Positions 31,640 to 32,000 of a stretch of DNA of 32,000 nucleotides are shown piece after piece. Location of the stretch: assembly GCA_963676105.1 (NCBI GenBank), contig OY781039.1:780001-812000 (forward strand), given 5' to 3'. The DNA is from Erysipelotrichaceae bacterium. GTDB lineage: Bacteria > Bacillota_I > Bacilli_A > Erysipelotrichales > Erysipelotrichaceae. The notes beneath the pieces were generated by a model that worked only from the letters and a program-made list of their open reading frames with translations, had not been told where the DNA came from and made no database searches. A program made the position numbers and the translations under genes. The number at the start of each line of letters is the position of its first letter. Within the stretch, counting starts at the first letter, position 1.

Positions 31640-31664
31640 ATAAAAAGCATCTGTTAAATGCTTT
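31636..31664 (-). terminator. Intrinsic terminator after the GrpB-like gene (stop codon in the hairpin loop)
   Basis: The minus strand reads AAAGCAT-TTAACAG-ATGCTTT followed by TTATTTGAC, giving a run of 5 T including stem bases. Confidence 0.65.
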
Positions 31665-32000
31665 TGTATCGATCTTTATAAAGTGTTCGTGCACGTTTAG
31701 TATATTTTTGAATAAACTCAGTTTTCGCATCCGTGTAATGTTCTCGATGATGTTTATATTGAATCGCTAAGTCTTTCTTAAGTTTCTCATATTCACGTAC
31801 AATATCAGGATGTTCTAGCAAATAATCTTTGAAGTAAAGTTCATGATGATCATCAAAGAATCTTAAATGCAAATGAAAGACTTTCTCTGCATAGCCCTTA
31901 ATTGTATAACCCTTATTCAAAACATAAGCATGATTTTCTGTGTCTTCATGCATGATAATCCACTTCGATTGCGCTAAAAGCTGTGCGACTTCATCAATAT
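31654..32000 (-). CDS. GrpB-family (UPF0157) protein, partial (5' end beyond the window end)
   Basis: The C-terminal HLHLRFFDDHHELYFKDYLLEHPDIVREYEKLKKDLAIQY is typical of GrpB. The reading frame stays open upstream of Met 31953 (..IDEVAQLLAQSKWII-MHED) to position 32000. Confidence 0.8.
   Translation of the reverse strand, partial: IDEVAQLLAQSKWIIMHEDTENHAYVLNKGYTIKGYAEKVFHLHLRFFDDHHELYFKDYLLEHPDIVREYEKLKKDLAIQYKHHREHYTDAKTEFIQKYTKRARTLYKDRYKSI

Noticed and set aside
1-32000. CRISPR arrays, IS elements or transposases, integrases, prophage genes, tRNA and rRNA genes
   Set aside because: No regularly spaced repeats, no terminal inverted repeats flanking a transposase-like ORF, and no tRNA-like or rRNA-like conserved sequence were found in any intergenic gap. 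All gaps are 304 bp or shorter and are accounted for by promoters, terminators or riboswitches.

Overview
AT-rich, very gene-dense chromosomal segment. I call 46 CDS, 7 of them on the + strand, and two run off the window edges. The standard genetic code applies, since TGA is used as a stop (for example at the zur-like gene). murB, an O-antigen-ligase-like protein and a lipobox lipoprotein indicate a walled low-GC Gram-positive-type bacterium (Bacillota, possibly Erysipelotrichia-like). The taxon cannot be fixed from sequence alone.

Content is housekeeping genes plus transporters:
- tandem GntR/HutC regulators
- a purine permease behind a guanine-type purine riboswitch
- EamA, MFS, VanZ-like and small-export membrane proteins
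- two HAD phosphatases and a RumA-type rRNA methyltransferase
- a DEDDh exonuclease and mscL
- a long minus-strand string: tcdA, NYN/LOTUS, murB, hflX, ybjQ, cysteine desulfurase, thioredoxin, Trx-CcdA-like membrane protein
- queT behind a preQ1-II-like pseudoknot
- a Zur-box-controlled zinc ABC importer operon ending in zur and a coupled SDR, with corA adjacent
- an ArsR-ArsP-like-thioredoxin operon
- an alpha/beta hydrolase, a PIG-L deacetylase and two DUF1801 proteins
- udp
- a PadR operon with two half-size permease genes, and GrpB

I saw no rRNA, tRNA, CRISPR array, transposase, integrase, phage gene or recognisable defence or toxin module.

The most unusual signals are:
1. A recurring '-10 box, exactly 6 nt, SD-less ATG' architecture at six gene starts, including a back-to-back divergent pair. 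This suggests leaderless mRNAs.
2. An unannotated 33-codon hydrophobic ORF with the same architecture, behind a near-consensus promoter overlapped by palindromes, in the 304-bp gap next to the GntR pair.
3. A compact preQ1-II-like riboswitch, apparently outside the group where that class was described.
4. An ArsR regulator with a ~150-aa N-terminal domain I cannot place.
5. A Cys-less, two-gene split version of the ArsP/DUF318-type permease under a PadR regulator with a perfect 10-5-10 palindrome.

All functional calls rest on motif recognition by eye. No searches were run.
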